62,010 nt of DNA from Candidatus Micrarchaeia archaeon. GTDB lineage: Archaea > Micrarchaeota > Micrarchaeia > Anstonellales > Bilamarchaeaceae. The DNA lies in NCBI GenBank assembly GCA_033853355.1, contig JAWOLP010000003.1:1-62010 (forward strand). The letters are read 5' to 3'. Made by a program: the position numbers and the translations under genes. Positions 51,100 through 60,826 of the stretch are shown in pieces (position 1 is the stretch's first letter; every line of letters starts with the position of its first letter). The notes beneath the pieces were generated by a model. That model was not told the DNA's origin. It searched no databases and saw only the letters and a program-made list of their open reading frames with translations.

Positions 51100-52746
51100 A
51101 TGGCCAAAGCGAAAGGGAAGGCGTCCGCGAAGAAATCCGCCCCTAAGAAAGCGAGAAAGCCCGCGCCGGCCAAGGCGAAAGCGAAGAAAACGGTCCCGCT
51201 TAAAAAAGCAAGAGCGAAAATCGCGAAGCCTACGATGGCCGCGAAGAAACTCGTTTTGAAGAAGCCCGCTCCGAAGAAGACCGCCCCAAAAAAACCTGCC
51301 GCTAAAAAAGCCCCGAAAAAAGCGCCAGCGCCGAAAATAACAAAGCCGCCCGCGCTGCAGCCCAAGGCGCTAATCAAAGAAGCAGCCAAACCCATCCTCC
51401 TCCAGCAGGCGCCGTCCGTACCGCTCCTGCCGCCTCCCCCGAAAGAGGGACCTTCGCCCGCCCCGAGGCCGGTTCAGGCCCCTGCGCAACCGGCGAAGGC
51501 GGAAGCTCCCAAGCCGATCACGCCCGTGAAAGCGCCTCCTTCACCGAAAAAAGAGCAGCCTCCCCCGGAAGCGATAGAGCCGATATTCCCTTCAGAGGAG
51601 AAAGCCGCGCCCCCGAAAACGCTGCCCCCGAAACCCGAACCGGCGGTCCCGGCGAAGAAAGCGCCTCCAGAGGCGTTGAAAGCGGTTCCTGTCCCTCCTC
51701 CGCAGCAGAAAACCGCGCCGGAGAAGACGGAAGCTCCAAAACCTCCACCCCCAAAAACGCCGCCAGCGCCTGCGGAAAAGGAAGCACGGCCGGAAGCGCT
51801 GAAACCCGCTCCTCCTTCGGCGGCACAACCGCCGCCTAAGCCGCCCGAAGAGAAGGCCGCGCCGGAGAAGATAGAAGCTCCGAAACCGCCCGTGCCAGCG
51901 CAAGCGGCGCTTCCCAAGCCTTCCGAAGCAACGCCCTCTCCGCCGCCGGTTCCAAAAGCGCCTATCAATGGCCTGCACCCGCTCTCGCCGGCCCTGGACA
52001 TGCTTCCGGACTGGGAGGACCGCCTGCGCCTCCGGAGGACGATCTTCGAGGACGGCCTTGAATTCTTCGAGGCGGGCAAGGGATCGGCCGAAGCCAACGA
52101 AGCCTATATCATGCTCAACCAGAGCCACAAGACGGCGCACTCGGACCTCCACGACTATCTCCTCATCTGCGCGAAAGACCGCTCAGGGAAGATCGTCGGG
52201 GCGATGGACGGCCACGCCCTCGGAGACACGCTTGTGATAGGCCGCTCGTTCTCAGCCTCGACGAAGACGAGGGAGCTGCACATACTTCTCTACGCGGCTG
52301 CGCTCGCCGGCAGGAATCCTTCCTTCGTCGTTACATACACGAAGCTCGGCGATTTCTCCATCGACACCGCCGGCAGGCTGATACTATTCGGACGCGGGAT
52401 GGGGATGTCGGCGATACCGCTCAAGACCACCCACCTCATCTTCGTGCGGCGCATGCGCAAGGAGCTCGACCCGATTTCGAGCGGCCCTGAGATAGCTGCG
52501 ATACTCGAGAAGCTGAAGATATTCGGGGAACTCGACCTCGACGCTCATATCGGCGAGTTCTCGTCGAAAAGCGTCGTCCCCCTCATCCCGCTGCCGCTCT
52601 CGCCTGATTCACGGGAGCACCTGCACGAGCTGAGGGACGTTGTCAATTCGCTGGGGTTGCCGGCCGGGCAGCTGGAAGCGGTGATGGCCACCCTGAGGGC
52701 CGACTACGTGTCGGGCAGGAAAGACATCACGCCGCAGGCGCTCTAG
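51100..52746 (+). CDS. Hypothetical protein with a Lys/Ala/Pro-rich N-terminal half and a globular C-terminal domain
   Basis: The N-terminus reads AKGKASAKKSAPKKARKPAPAKAKAKK...KKPAAKKAPKKAPAPK (histone-H1-like low complexity). About 200 aa of Pro-rich PPPK/PEKxEAPKPP repeats follow, then a C-terminal domain of about 260 aa with no family recognised. Confidence 0.65.
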   Translation: MAKAKGKASAKKSAPKKARKPAPAKAKAKKTVPLKKARAKIAKPTMAAKKLVLKKPAPKKTAPKKPAAKKAPKKAPAPKITKPPALQPKALIKEAAKPILLQQAPSVPLLPPPPKEGPSPAPRPVQAPAQPAKAEAPKPITPVKAPPSPKKEQPPPEAIEPIFPSEEKAAPPKTLPPKPEPAVPAKKAPPEALKAVPVPPPQQKTAPEKTEAPKPPPPKTPPAPAEKEARPEALKPAPPSAAQPPPKPPEEKAAPEKIEAPKPPVPAQAALPKPSEATPSPPPVPKAPINGLHPLSPALDMLPDWEDRLRLRRTIFEDGLEFFEAGKGSAEANEAYIMLNQSHKTAHSDLHDYLLICAKDRSGKIVGAMDGHALGDTLVIGRSFSASTKTRELHILLYAAALAGRNPSFVVTYTKLGDFSIDTAGRLILFGRGMGMSAIPLKTTHLIFVRRMRKELDPISSGPEIAAILEKLKIFGELDLDAHIGEFSSKSVVPLIPLPLSPDSREHLHELRDVVNSLGLPAGQLEAVMATLRADYVSGRKDITPQAL

Positions 52747-53585
52747 CCCCCGAACAGCTTCTTGAGCCTTCCGAGGATCCCTTCCTTCTTGGGTTCCTCT
52801 TCCTTTCCGCGGCCCTCTTCTTTCTCTTCAGCCGCTTTCCCGCGCTCCTCCGTTTCCTTCCCGGCCGGTTCCTCTTTCTTTTGGGGAGGCGCCTCTTCCT
52901 TTTTCGCCGGTTTTTTCTCCTCTTTCGCAGGAACAGCTTTCGCTTCTTTCTTCGCGGCTTTTTTCGGGGCCGCCTTCTTGGCCTCTTTCTTCGGGGCCTT
53001 CTCCTTGGCCGGAGCCTTCATTGGGGGCTTCTTCGCTTCCGGCTCCTTCTCAACGGCTTTCCTCTCCTTCTTCGTTATCGATCCGCGCGCCTCTTCGAGG
53101 AGCTTTTCGAACACCTCGCCCCTGCTGTCCGGGTCCAGCTCGAGTATCTCGCCGCTGTTCCCGAACTTGTCCACGAACTGCTCGTGCAGCGCGGCGATGA
53201 GCGGGGTGTCGGACTCGATTATGCGGTCGAGGAGCCTCGCGAACTGCCTGCTCTTCATCTCCATCACGCCGATCTCGTCGATGACGAAGACGTCGTACTG
53301 GTCGAAGCCCTCCATGGCCGGGACCGCTATGCTCTCGAACGAGCGTACGTCGACATGGTATTTGCTGACCTTGGGCCCGTCGCCCTTAACATTAGCCAGC
53401 TCCGCCACCTTCCCGCTCTGGACGTCCATGACGCGGAAAGCGGTCCTGGTGCCATGGTGGCGTTCCTCTGGCGACACGAACCCGCCCACCCTGAGCCCGC
53501 CTTTCTTGAGCTCTGCAACAAGTTCCTTGAGCAGGGTCGTCTTCCCGGATTTCGGTTGTCCAGTGATGAAGAAGTTCCTCGGCAT
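52743..53585 (-). CDS. Nucleoside-triphosphatase THEP1 family (P-loop) with a Lys-rich C-terminal tail
   Basis: MPRNFFITGQPKSGKTTLLKEL (Walker A), YDVFVIDEIGVME (Walker B) and TPLIAALH. The tail reads KKPPMKAPAKEKAPKKEAKKAAPKKAAKKEAKAVPAKEEKKPAKKEE. The ATG at 53585 lies 27 nt from the TATA centre; the track start is 53609. Its stop overlaps the convergent gene's stop in the palindrome CTAG. Confidence 0.8.
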   Translation of the reverse strand: MPRNFFITGQPKSGKTTLLKELVAELKKGGLRVGGFVSPEERHHGTRTAFRVMDVQSGKVAELANVKGDGPKVSKYHVDVRSFESIAVPAMEGFDQYDVFVIDEIGVMEMKSRQFARLLDRIIESDTPLIAALHEQFVDKFGNSGEILELDPDSRGEVFEKLLEEARGSITKKERKAVEKEPEAKKPPMKAPAKEKAPKKEAKKAAPKKAAKKEAKAVPAKEEKKPAKKEEAPPQKKEEPAGKETEERGKAAEEKEEGRGKEEEPKKEGILGRLKKLFGG

Positions 53586-53608
53586 GGAATCTATCCCTGA
53601 ACCAAGCA

Positions 53609-53615
53609 TTATAAA
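53609..53615. promoter_or_regulatory. Single TTATAAA TATA box shared by the THEP1 gene and the lipobox-protein gene
   Basis: Its centre at 53612 is 26 nt from the ATG at 53638 (plus) and 27 nt from the ATG at 53585 (minus). Confidence 0.5.
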
Positions 53616-53637
53616 GCTGCGTTCGGCTTAGTCTAGC

Positions 53638-54237
53638 ATGCGCGCTCTCCTAGCCCTTGCCTTGGTCAGCCTCATCTTCGGATGCCTCTCGCAGGCTCCG
53701 CCAGCCGCATACAACCAGACCGTGCAGAACCAATCGGCCCCGCCGCTCCCTCCCCAGCCGTCCTGGGATCATTTCAGCGGCGTCGCGATGGCCTTCGATT
53801 ACCCGCACGGCATGAAGGTCACGGTCTCCAATTCCTCGATGCCCAGCTCAGGCACCGTGCTCGTCCAGAGCAGCGATGCCTCGCAGGGCGCGATAGTGGT
53901 GAACTTCGCAAATGTCTCGGGCGCGCTCACAGGGACCGAAGACCCCCTTTCGCTGGCCACGGGCATAATAGACTATGAGAACAGCTCCGGCTCCGACGCC
54001 ATGCTGAGCCAGGCGTCCGCGACCGGAAGCATCTCCAACTATACCTCGCCGAACGGCCTGGCCGTTGCCGAGATGCCTTTCGTGATGACCGAGGGGAACG
54101 TGACGCTCTACGGATTCGCGCTGGAGCTCCTCAGCGTCCAGGACAAGGCTTCGTACCCGACCCGGATCATCTCGTCCGACCCCAACCAGACGAAGGCTCT
54201 CCGGGACCGGTTCGTCTCTTCCTTCCAGAGCGGTTGA
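53638..54237 (+). CDS. Putative secreted/lipobox protein
   Basis: MRALLALALVSLIFGCLSQ has a signal peptide with a lipobox-like IFGC. The mature part is Ser/Asn-rich with several N-x-S/T sequons. Confidence 0.6.
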   Translation: MRALLALALVSLIFGCLSQAPPAAYNQTVQNQSAPPLPPQPSWDHFSGVAMAFDYPHGMKVTVSNSSMPSSGTVLVQSSDASQGAIVVNFANVSGALTGTEDPLSLATGIIDYENSSGSDAMLSQASATGSISNYTSPNGLAVAEMPFVMTEGNVTLYGFALELLSVQDKASYPTRIISSDPNQTKALRDRFVSSFQSG

Positions 54238-54435
54238 CAAAAGCGGGACTCCAGCTTCTCTCGGGCTCCTCGATTTTGTCGGGCTCCCTATCATGATTTT
54301 TCTTAGGATTCTCAGCCCGGCCATGCGCGACCGCCTCACCGCACCGCTCTCTTCCGGCTCCTTCCCTCCGTTCCTGATCGCGCGGCGGCCGCCACCCTCA
54401 ACTAACTTAAAAACCCGCCGCTTCCTATCCTCTCC

Positions 54436-55296
54436 ATGCTCCGCGTGACATTCCTCGGCACTTCCGGAAGCATCCCGACCGTCGAGCGCGGGATGCCTGG
54501 GATCTCGATAAAATACGAGAGCGAGCTGATGCTCTGGGACTGCGGCGAGGGCACGCAGCGACAGCTCATGCGCTACAAGGTCGGCTACGGAAGCATCGAC
54601 TCTGTCTTCATCACCCACCCCCATCTCGACCATTACCTCGGCATATTCGGCCTCCTCGAGACGCTGAAGCTCTCCTCGCCCTCGCCGCGCCCGCTGCGCA
54701 TATTCCTGCCGCGAGGCCTCGACATAGAAGGCTACCCGTTCGCATCCGTCGAGAAGATGAAGGCGGGCGAGATCTACCGCGGCCGCGAGTTCTCGGTCAG
54801 CGCTTTTTCGGTGAAGCACTGCCGCGGCGCGCACGGATTCGTGTTCCAGGAAGACGACCGGGTCAAATTCCACGAGGAGAAGGCCCATTCGCTCGGCCTG
54901 AGCGGCAGGCTTTTCCGCGACATCCAGCAGAAAGGCAAGGTCAGCACCCCACGCGGGGAGGTCCGCCTGGAAGATGTAACATGGACCAAGAAAGGGAGGA
55001 AGATCGTCTACACCGGCGACTGCGCGCCGGACGAGGGGCTGGTGGAAGCGGCCCGGGGGGCGGACCTGCTGATCCACGAGTCGACATTCGATTCTTCGAT
55101 GAAAGACGAAGCCGCCGAAAGGATGCACAGCACCGCCGCCGATGCGGCGACGGTGGCCAAGGAAGCCGGAGCCAAGATGCTCCTCCTCACCCACATAAGC
55201 CCGCGCTATTCCGATCCGACCCTCCTGCTGGAGCAGGCGAGGGCCATATTCCCGAACACCTCAGTGGCTGAGGACGGGCTCGCAATAGATATATAA
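54436..55296 (+). CDS. rnz: Ribonuclease Z (tRNA 3' endonuclease, metallo-beta-lactamase fold)
   Basis: RVTFLGTSGSIPT...LWDCGEGTQRQL...FITHPHLDHYLG...YTGDC...LIHESTF...LLLTHISPRY. Confidence 0.9.
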   Translation: MLRVTFLGTSGSIPTVERGMPGISIKYESELMLWDCGEGTQRQLMRYKVGYGSIDSVFITHPHLDHYLGIFGLLETLKLSSPSPRPLRIFLPRGLDIEGYPFASVEKMKAGEIYRGREFSVSAFSVKHCRGAHGFVFQEDDRVKFHEEKAHSLGLSGRLFRDIQQKGKVSTPRGEVRLEDVTWTKKGRKIVYTGDCAPDEGLVEAARGADLLIHESTFDSSMKDEAAERMHSTAADAATVAKEAGAKMLLLTHISPRYSDPTLLLEQARAIFPNTSVAEDGLAIDI

Positions 55297-55504
55297 TATG
55301 GCGGAGCGTAAGACGATTTGCGGTTCGGGGTCCCTTTCCAACGTCATATGTCGGAAATATCATATCTTACGACGTGAAAAAGGGCTCAATCGCCAATAAT
55401 CGTAGGTGCTATACGTTTATTGACTAACCGAAAACTAGAATTTATAAACTGGACTTTAGGTTAGGGGCTAATCTTTATAAATATTTTGCAAGAGACTACC
55501 TCAG

Positions 55505-55560
55505 AATCGAGATAGGGTCCTCCCTATCGATTGTCCGAAAGGTATTTCCTTTCGGTTTTT
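55505..55560 (+). promoter_or_regulatory. Two hairpins plus a T5 tract in the predicted S-layer 5' leader
   Basis: Hairpin 1 spans 55505-55532 (AATCGA(GA)TAGGG-TCCT-CCCTATCGATT). Hairpin 2 spans 55535-55555 (CCGAAAGG-TATTT-CCTTTCGG) and is followed by TTTTT at 55556-55560. The TATA-like CTTTATAAATATTTT lies at 55473-55487. Confidence 0.4.
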
Positions 55561-55650
55561 GGGCCGAAAGCACGGAATCACCGCCGGTAATTGTTTTTAG
55601 ACGGCCCATAAAAGTTGAGAGTAGGCGGTGAAAAACCTAGAGGTGAAGAA

Positions 55651-58600
55651 ATGAAAGTGAATCTGAAGAAGATGGGCGCGATTGTCGCCGGTGCGACTAT
55701 CCTGGCCAGCTCTGCGGCGTTTGCCGGACTCATGTTCGGTTCGACGACGCTGGTTGATGCCAATGGAGCGCCAGTAGCGAAGGTCGTTGTGGGAAGCAAG
55801 GCTGCCCCGAGCGACGGTGTCGCAGCAGCTTTGATCGCGGGCAAGATAGTCAGCGAGGCTTACAAGAGCCAGACCCTGACTGCCCAGGTTTCGGGCACCG
55901 CCGCTTGCACCCCTGGTAACGCTACCGGGAATGCGACTGGCACGTGCACTGTGAGCAACAAGAAAGCGCAGCTCCAGATAACCGTACCGGGCGCGACCGC
56001 GGCAGGGACTTATTCCTTCAACAACCTGATCGGCGACTGGCTGAACAGGAGACTCCTGGACAGGGAAGACAACGTCGACCCGAACAACGCCAATGAAGGC
56101 TACGCGATCGGCGGCTCCGACACCTCGGACAACGCCAACCCCTTCACTGACGGCACTGCCTCAGGCAGCATCGGCCCGACGGAAGAGTTCATGTACAGGA
56201 TCAGCGGCACCGTCTACTCGACGTTCGCCGACCAGACCATAACCGATGCCGACTCGGGCAACACCTATGTCGAGCACCAGGACATGTGGATAAAGGGCAA
56301 CAACAGGTACGACAGCGACCCGAAGGACGTCGTCGGCAACGTCGACTTCCTCGCGTACACGCTGAAGTTCGATGGGCCTGGCAGCGACCAGCTCGGTATA
56401 CCGGAATGTACCAAGGCGGACAACCTTGACTTCTCGGTGTGCAAGGAGACCGGCTCGCAGACCAACATCGATGACGCGACGGAGACGCACCGCGTGAAGG
56501 TGTGGTTCCTCGGCGACCAGTGGATCATCAGCGAGATGAACGCTCCGCTGGACCCGAACCCCGGCTTGGCTAGCCAGCCTGGCGACCTGACCAACGAGAA
56601 CCTCCTCGCCCACGGCGGTGAGGTGAAGCTGGCCAAGGAAGCCGTCGCAGGCATCCTGAACCAGGGCGAATCGCTCCCGGCTGACAACCTGAAGTTCCAG
56701 CTGGACGACCTCGAAGCCCACGGTGACGTGACCTCGGCCATTATATCCATCCTGGATGCGAATGGCAACATCCTGAAGAAGGACAAGGTCAACCCGGGCG
56801 AGACGAAGGAGTTCAACGTGAACGGGAAGGACTACAGGTTCCACGTGTACAAGGTGGCTCCTGGTTATACCTTCGGTGCGAAGTGGGCTGATGTAGCCAT
56901 CTTCTCTGAAGAGCTGAAGCTCGACGATGGCCAGAAGCTCGACTCCGACAACGGCCACAACAACGGCTGGAAGGTGTCCCTCGGCTGGAAGAACAAGGAT
57001 GCCCAGAGCGGCGTCGCAGGCACCTCGGACCCTGCAAACCCGGAGAACCCCGATACCCTGAGGACGATCGTCCTCTACTCGGACAGCCCGGAGCAGATCT
57101 CCAGCAGCGGCGACAGCAGGCTCAGGGAGGGCGACTACCTGCAGATAGTGCAGGACCCGACCGCCTGGCAGCTCAGCTACAAAGGGCTTGACCTCACGTC
57201 GAACGACATGAGCCAGCTCAAGTTCGAGCTGAAGTCCACCGACATGACCATCCCGCAGTCCTCAGGCCCGATCCTGGGCATGAGCAACTCGAGGGTCGCG
57301 TGCAGGATATACGCCCCGTACGTGAAGGTCACCTCGGGCGACTCGAGCGGCGTGTTCGAGGTCACCAGGACCGACGGCGGAGGAACGATCTCCGACAACG
57401 AATTCCTCGTTGCCCTGAATGAAGGTACGAGGACCGGGGACACGTCGAACTCCGAAGCCACGAGCAACAACCTCGGCAACAACGTGGTCGCTGCCCAGCC
57501 GGCCGCAGCAATCTGCGACACGGACGGTGGAGTCGTCGTGAACGGGAACGGCATCATCGCCAACACCGGTGCTGATGTGGCATTCCTGTCTGGCACGATC
57601 TTCATGAAGGAGTCTGCCTCAGGCACGAACTACGGCATGGCGAACTACGCCAGCCCGGGCACTGAGATCGGCTTCCAGAAGATCGGCGATGGGAACAACC
57701 ACTTCTCGCCCCCTGAAGGAGGCGCGATCGTGGTGCAGAGGGCCCAGAACTCGGTCTGGGGCAACGATGTTACCCAGACTGACCTGCTGATCGGTACCCT
57801 GCTCGCGTCGAGCTCGCAGGTTGGTCCGACCCCCACATTCGTGGGAACCGGCAACAACGTGCCTTCGGTGCTGTTCGGCATCGGTGAGAAGGCTGGCTCC
57901 GACACCGCCAACCCGTTCGTCGACTACTACATGTTCGGCATGGGTGGAACCAGCACCTCGTCCGTAAGCGACGCGACCTTCGACATCGACAACCAGGTCA
58001 TGGGTACGCTCGGCACGATAACCTTCGACTCTTCGAACACGAAGGTTCTCTACGGCCACGCGACCTCGCAGGGAGCTGGTTCAGGCACCCCGTACTACTG
58101 CAGTGCGGCATCTGCCGTGTGCGCTGGTCCGACGTTCGTGAAGACCGGTCCTGTGGACTCCGGCCTGGAACTCGTCGATGATGGACACATCACCGAGAGG
58201 GGCTCGTCCTTCAGGACTAGGGACAAGAGCGACGTGACCTTCAACATGGCTGAGAAGCTCGGCCACGCGCAGTGGTTCCTGGCCCCGACGGCGACGAACA
58301 CCTCGAGCGGTGACACGACCGTGGTTACCCTCGGCGAGGGCGACCAGACGACCATCAACGGCGTGACCGTGAAGGTCCTGCAGATCACCGAAGATGTCGG
58401 TGCCTGCAGCGCCGGCACCGGTGCGGTTTCGTGCACGGCTGACATGAGCGGCGTTTCGGCTGTCATAATGCCGAACAACGCGCCGTCCGTGACTGTCGCG
58501 ATGCCCTACACGGGCACCTATGGCAACCTGGTCATCCTCGACACGGATGCCGTGGGCGTCAACACCCTCATTTCGGTGGGTGGCGACAAGGTCAACTCGG

Positions 58601-58761
58601 TGACCGCAGACCTGCTCCAGGGCTCGGCCGTCGACTGGACCGCGACCCCGCAGGTCGTCCGCGAAGTCGTGCAGGGATCGAAGATCGTCGTGGCAGGGAA
58701 GGAAGCGTCCGACACCCTCGCTGCGGCCCAGACCTTCGTCTCGCAGGTCAAGCACGTCTGA
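55651..58761 (+). CDS. S-layer (surface) protein
   Basis: MKVNLKKMGAIVAGATILASSAAFA is a signal peptide. It is followed by KVVVGSKAAPSDGVAAALIAGKI, typical of the archaeal S-layer N-terminal domain. The body is Thr/Ser/Gly/Asn/Asp-rich with many N-x-S/T sequons. An AGGTGA Shine-Dalgarno element lies at 55641-55646, an AT-rich promoter region upstream and a T-rich terminator downstream. Confidence 0.8.
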   Translation: MKVNLKKMGAIVAGATILASSAAFAGLMFGSTTLVDANGAPVAKVVVGSKAAPSDGVAAALIAGKIVSEAYKSQTLTAQVSGTAACTPGNATGNATGTCTVSNKKAQLQITVPGATAAGTYSFNNLIGDWLNRRLLDREDNVDPNNANEGYAIGGSDTSDNANPFTDGTASGSIGPTEEFMYRISGTVYSTFADQTITDADSGNTYVEHQDMWIKGNNRYDSDPKDVVGNVDFLAYTLKFDGPGSDQLGIPECTKADNLDFSVCKETGSQTNIDDATETHRVKVWFLGDQWIISEMNAPLDPNPGLASQPGDLTNENLLAHGGEVKLAKEAVAGILNQGESLPADNLKFQLDDLEAHGDVTSAIISILDANGNILKKDKVNPGETKEFNVNGKDYRFHVYKVAPGYTFGAKWADVAIFSEELKLDDGQKLDSDNGHNNGWKVSLGWKNKDAQSGVAGTSDPANPENPDTLRTIVLYSDSPEQISSSGDSRLREGDYLQIVQDPTAWQLSYKGLDLTSNDMSQLKFELKSTDMTIPQSSGPILGMSNSRVACRIYAPYVKVTSGDSSGVFEVTRTDGGGTISDNEFLVALNEGTRTGDTSNSEATSNNLGNNVVAAQPAAAICDTDGGVVVNGNGIIANTGADVAFLSGTIFMKESASGTNYGMANYASPGTEIGFQKIGDGNNHFSPPEGGAIVVQRAQNSVWGNDVTQTDLLIGTLLASSSQVGPTPTFVGTGNNVPSVLFGIGEKAGSDTANPFVDYYMFGMGGTSTSSVSDATFDIDNQVMGTLGTITFDSSNTKVLYGHATSQGAGSGTPYYCSAASAVCAGPTFVKTGPVDSGLELVDDGHITERGSSFRTRDKSDVTFNMAEKLGHAQWFLAPTATNTSSGDTTVVTLGEGDQTTINGVTVKVLQITEDVGACSAGTGAVSCTADMSGVSAVIMPNNAPSVTVAMPYTGTYGNLVILDTDAVGVNTLISVGGDKVNSVTADLLQGSAVDWTATPQVVREVVQGSKIVVAGKEASDTLAAAQTFVSQVKHV

Positions 58762-58800
58762 ATTTAATTTTTTATTTTCCTTTTTCTCTTTTTTATCCAA
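58762..58800 (+). terminator. T-rich terminator region after the S-layer gene
   Basis: AATTTAATTTTTTATTTTCCTTTTTCTCTTTTTTATCC has several T5-T6 tracts immediately after the stop. Confidence 0.6.
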
Positions 58801-58912
58801 AAAACCCCTAATCTTTTCCATGTGAAATCTCGCATCAGCCCGAGCCATGGCTGGGGCTGAAGAAACGATCGAAGCCGTGGATCTTCCGGGCGGCGGGAGG
58901 CGGAAACGGCGC

Positions 58913-60127
58913 TCAGCTTTTGCGGTATATGACTATCATATCCGAGCTCTTGGAGGTCTCGTATATATGCCTCCAGAGGGCCATCGCCTCGTCATCCGAT
59001 ATGGCGAAAGAGGACGAAACGGAATCGAGTATCTGCCGCACTGTGGCCTTGCCGTCTATCCGGTCGAGGACGGCCTTGTGGCGCCGGTCGATGCGCAGCG
59101 GGCGCCGGTACATCATGCCCTGCACCGTGAGCTCCGCGTACATCCCCTCCGGGATGTCGCCTATCCGCGGCTTCTGGCCGATGAAGATGGGGACGCTGGC
59201 CCCATCGTAAGGATCCGGAGGCTCGGCCTTGTTCGAGGCCTTCACCGCGAAGAAGGAATGGTTCATTATCCTGCTGTTCAGCAGCTCGGCCAGCTCCTCC
59301 TTCTCCGAGCCTGAGAGGCCCGTAGCCCACCCTTCCCTGCCACCCAGGTAGAATCCAGGATCATAAAGCACCCTGTCCCTGAACCTCAGCAGCCGCAGGC
59401 CGGCGCCGGCCAGGAAGCTGCGGAGGCCGGGCACGTCGAACGAGCCTGTGCCGGATGGCGGGAGCATGGCGTCGTACCTCAGCTCCGGGTATGAGCCGAG
59501 CAGCTTGACCCAGTTGAAATCCGGGAGGCTCGCCCTCACCTCCTCGATGCGCGCCGCATCCATCCCCTTCCCTTTCCCGATGATCCTCACGAGCTTCTGC
59601 ATTATCGGGATCGGCAGCCTGCCGTATCTCGCATAGACGGATATCCCCATCCCCCCGTCGTCCTTCAGGCGGGCGCTGAGGGCCTTCAGGCCGCCCTCCG
59701 GGTCCTCCAGGTTCGGCAGCACCCCGCTGCAGACTATGTAATCGAAATCGCCCAGGTCGGGCCCTATGTCTAGGATGGAGCGCCTGACGAAAGTCAATCC
59801 GTCCAGGCCGCGGATGCGCGCCCTTTCGGAGGCCACCCCCAGGGCTTTCTCCGAGAAGTCGAGCCCCACGACCTCGGCGCCGCTCCCCCGCAGCTGCTCG
59901 GCGAGATGGATGCACGCGTCTCCGGTCCCGCAGCCAGCGTCCAGGACGCGGAACCCCTTCCCCAGGGGCCTCCGGCCCCCCCAGAACACGCTGCTTATGA
60001 GCCGGAGCTGGCTGAGGTCCGTCTCAACGAGGCGGGCCCTCTCGTCCTCGGGGTTCCTCTCCGGGTAGGGGTGGTCTGAATAGACTCTGTCTGGTCCGGA
60101 TGCCATATCTGAGGTTGGCATCGCCAT
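58913..60127 (-). CDS. Class I SAM-dependent methyltransferase
   Basis: FRVLDAGCGTGDACIHLA (motif I), VVGLDFSEKAL (motif II) and FDYIVCSGVL. An additional C-terminal domain of about 200 aa has no family recognised. Confidence 0.75.
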   Translation of the reverse strand: MAMPTSDMASGPDRVYSDHPYPERNPEDERARLVETDLSQLRLISSVFWGGRRPLGKGFRVLDAGCGTGDACIHLAEQLRGSGAEVVGLDFSEKALGVASERARIRGLDGLTFVRRSILDIGPDLGDFDYIVCSGVLPNLEDPEGGLKALSARLKDDGGMGISVYARYGRLPIPIMQKLVRIIGKGKGMDAARIEEVRASLPDFNWVKLLGSYPELRYDAMLPPSGTGSFDVPGLRSFLAGAGLRLLRFRDRVLYDPGFYLGGREGWATGLSGSEKEELAELLNSRIMNHSFFAVKASNKAEPPDPYDGASVPIFIGQKPRIGDIPEGMYAELTVQGMMYRRPLRIDRRHKAVLDRIDGKATVRQILDSVSSSFAISDDEAMALWRHIYETSKSSDMIVIYRKS

Positions 60128-60168
60128 TCTTTAAAAAACGTTCTTCCTATTATAAAACGTGGATTATT

Positions 60169-60783
60169 ATGAATCAATTTCACCAGAAGAAGCCCGGGGA
60201 GCAGAATGAGAGGCGCTACGCCGCGACGAGGAACCCGCTGACGAGGTACCTCCCGCTGGTCGCGACGGTGGCGATCGCCCTTTCGCCTATGAGCGGCACG
60301 GCAGAAGGGAGGCGCCCTTCCAGGCCGGCCCAGTGCTCCGCGAGCGTGCAGACCGGCCAGATCCCTTCCGGCGTCTCGAGGGGCGCCCGGGCGACGGTCT
60401 TCAACACCCCACTGCTCCGCGATAACTCCTATCTATCCCTCACCCTTCCGGAGAGCTATCTCGGCCAGGTGCGCTCCACCGCGATGGCCAGGCCCGAAGC
60501 GGAGAGGCAGGGCCTCGTGGCCGACCTGCTGCAGAACAATATCCAGATCGCGCTTTCGGTGATCGGCTCAGGCACCCGCGCGACGTTCTCCTGCGCGCCC
60601 CTGGACGGGACGATCCCGGCCCGGCCCCAGGCCTCGGCAGCTCCGAGCGCCCGCCCGGCCCAATCGGCCCGCCCCGCATCCAGCGCAAGGCCCGCCCCCT
60701 CTGCTGTCCCGTCCGCGACGGCCCAGCCGGATGCCAGCGCCGCCCCGCAGAGACAGGACCGCGGAAGGACGATTACCCCATGA
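60169..60783 (+). CDS. Hypothetical protein with an N-terminal hydrophobic segment and an Ala/Pro/Ser-rich tail
   Basis: The ATG at 60169 follows the TATA-like TATTATAAAAC (60149-60159). LPLVATVAIALSPMSG is hydrophobic. The tail repeats SA(R)PA units: PSARPAQSARPASSARPAPSAVPSA. Confidence 0.5.
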   Translation: MNQFHQKKPGEQNERRYAATRNPLTRYLPLVATVAIALSPMSGTAEGRRPSRPAQCSASVQTGQIPSGVSRGARATVFNTPLLRDNSYLSLTLPESYLGQVRSTAMARPEAERQGLVADLLQNNIQIALSVIGSGTRATFSCAPLDGTIPARPQASAAPSARPAQSARPASSARPAPSAVPSATAQPDASAAPQRQDRGRTITP

Positions 60784-60826
60784 GCCCTTTAATGCCTTTA
60801 TATACTTTCCCCTACTAATTTTCTCC

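Noticed and set aside
53848-55194. 448-aa minus-strand ORF.
   Set aside because: It is antisense to RNase Z, which has clear metallo-beta-lactamase motifs, and to the lipobox protein. Its composition is that of a shadow frame.
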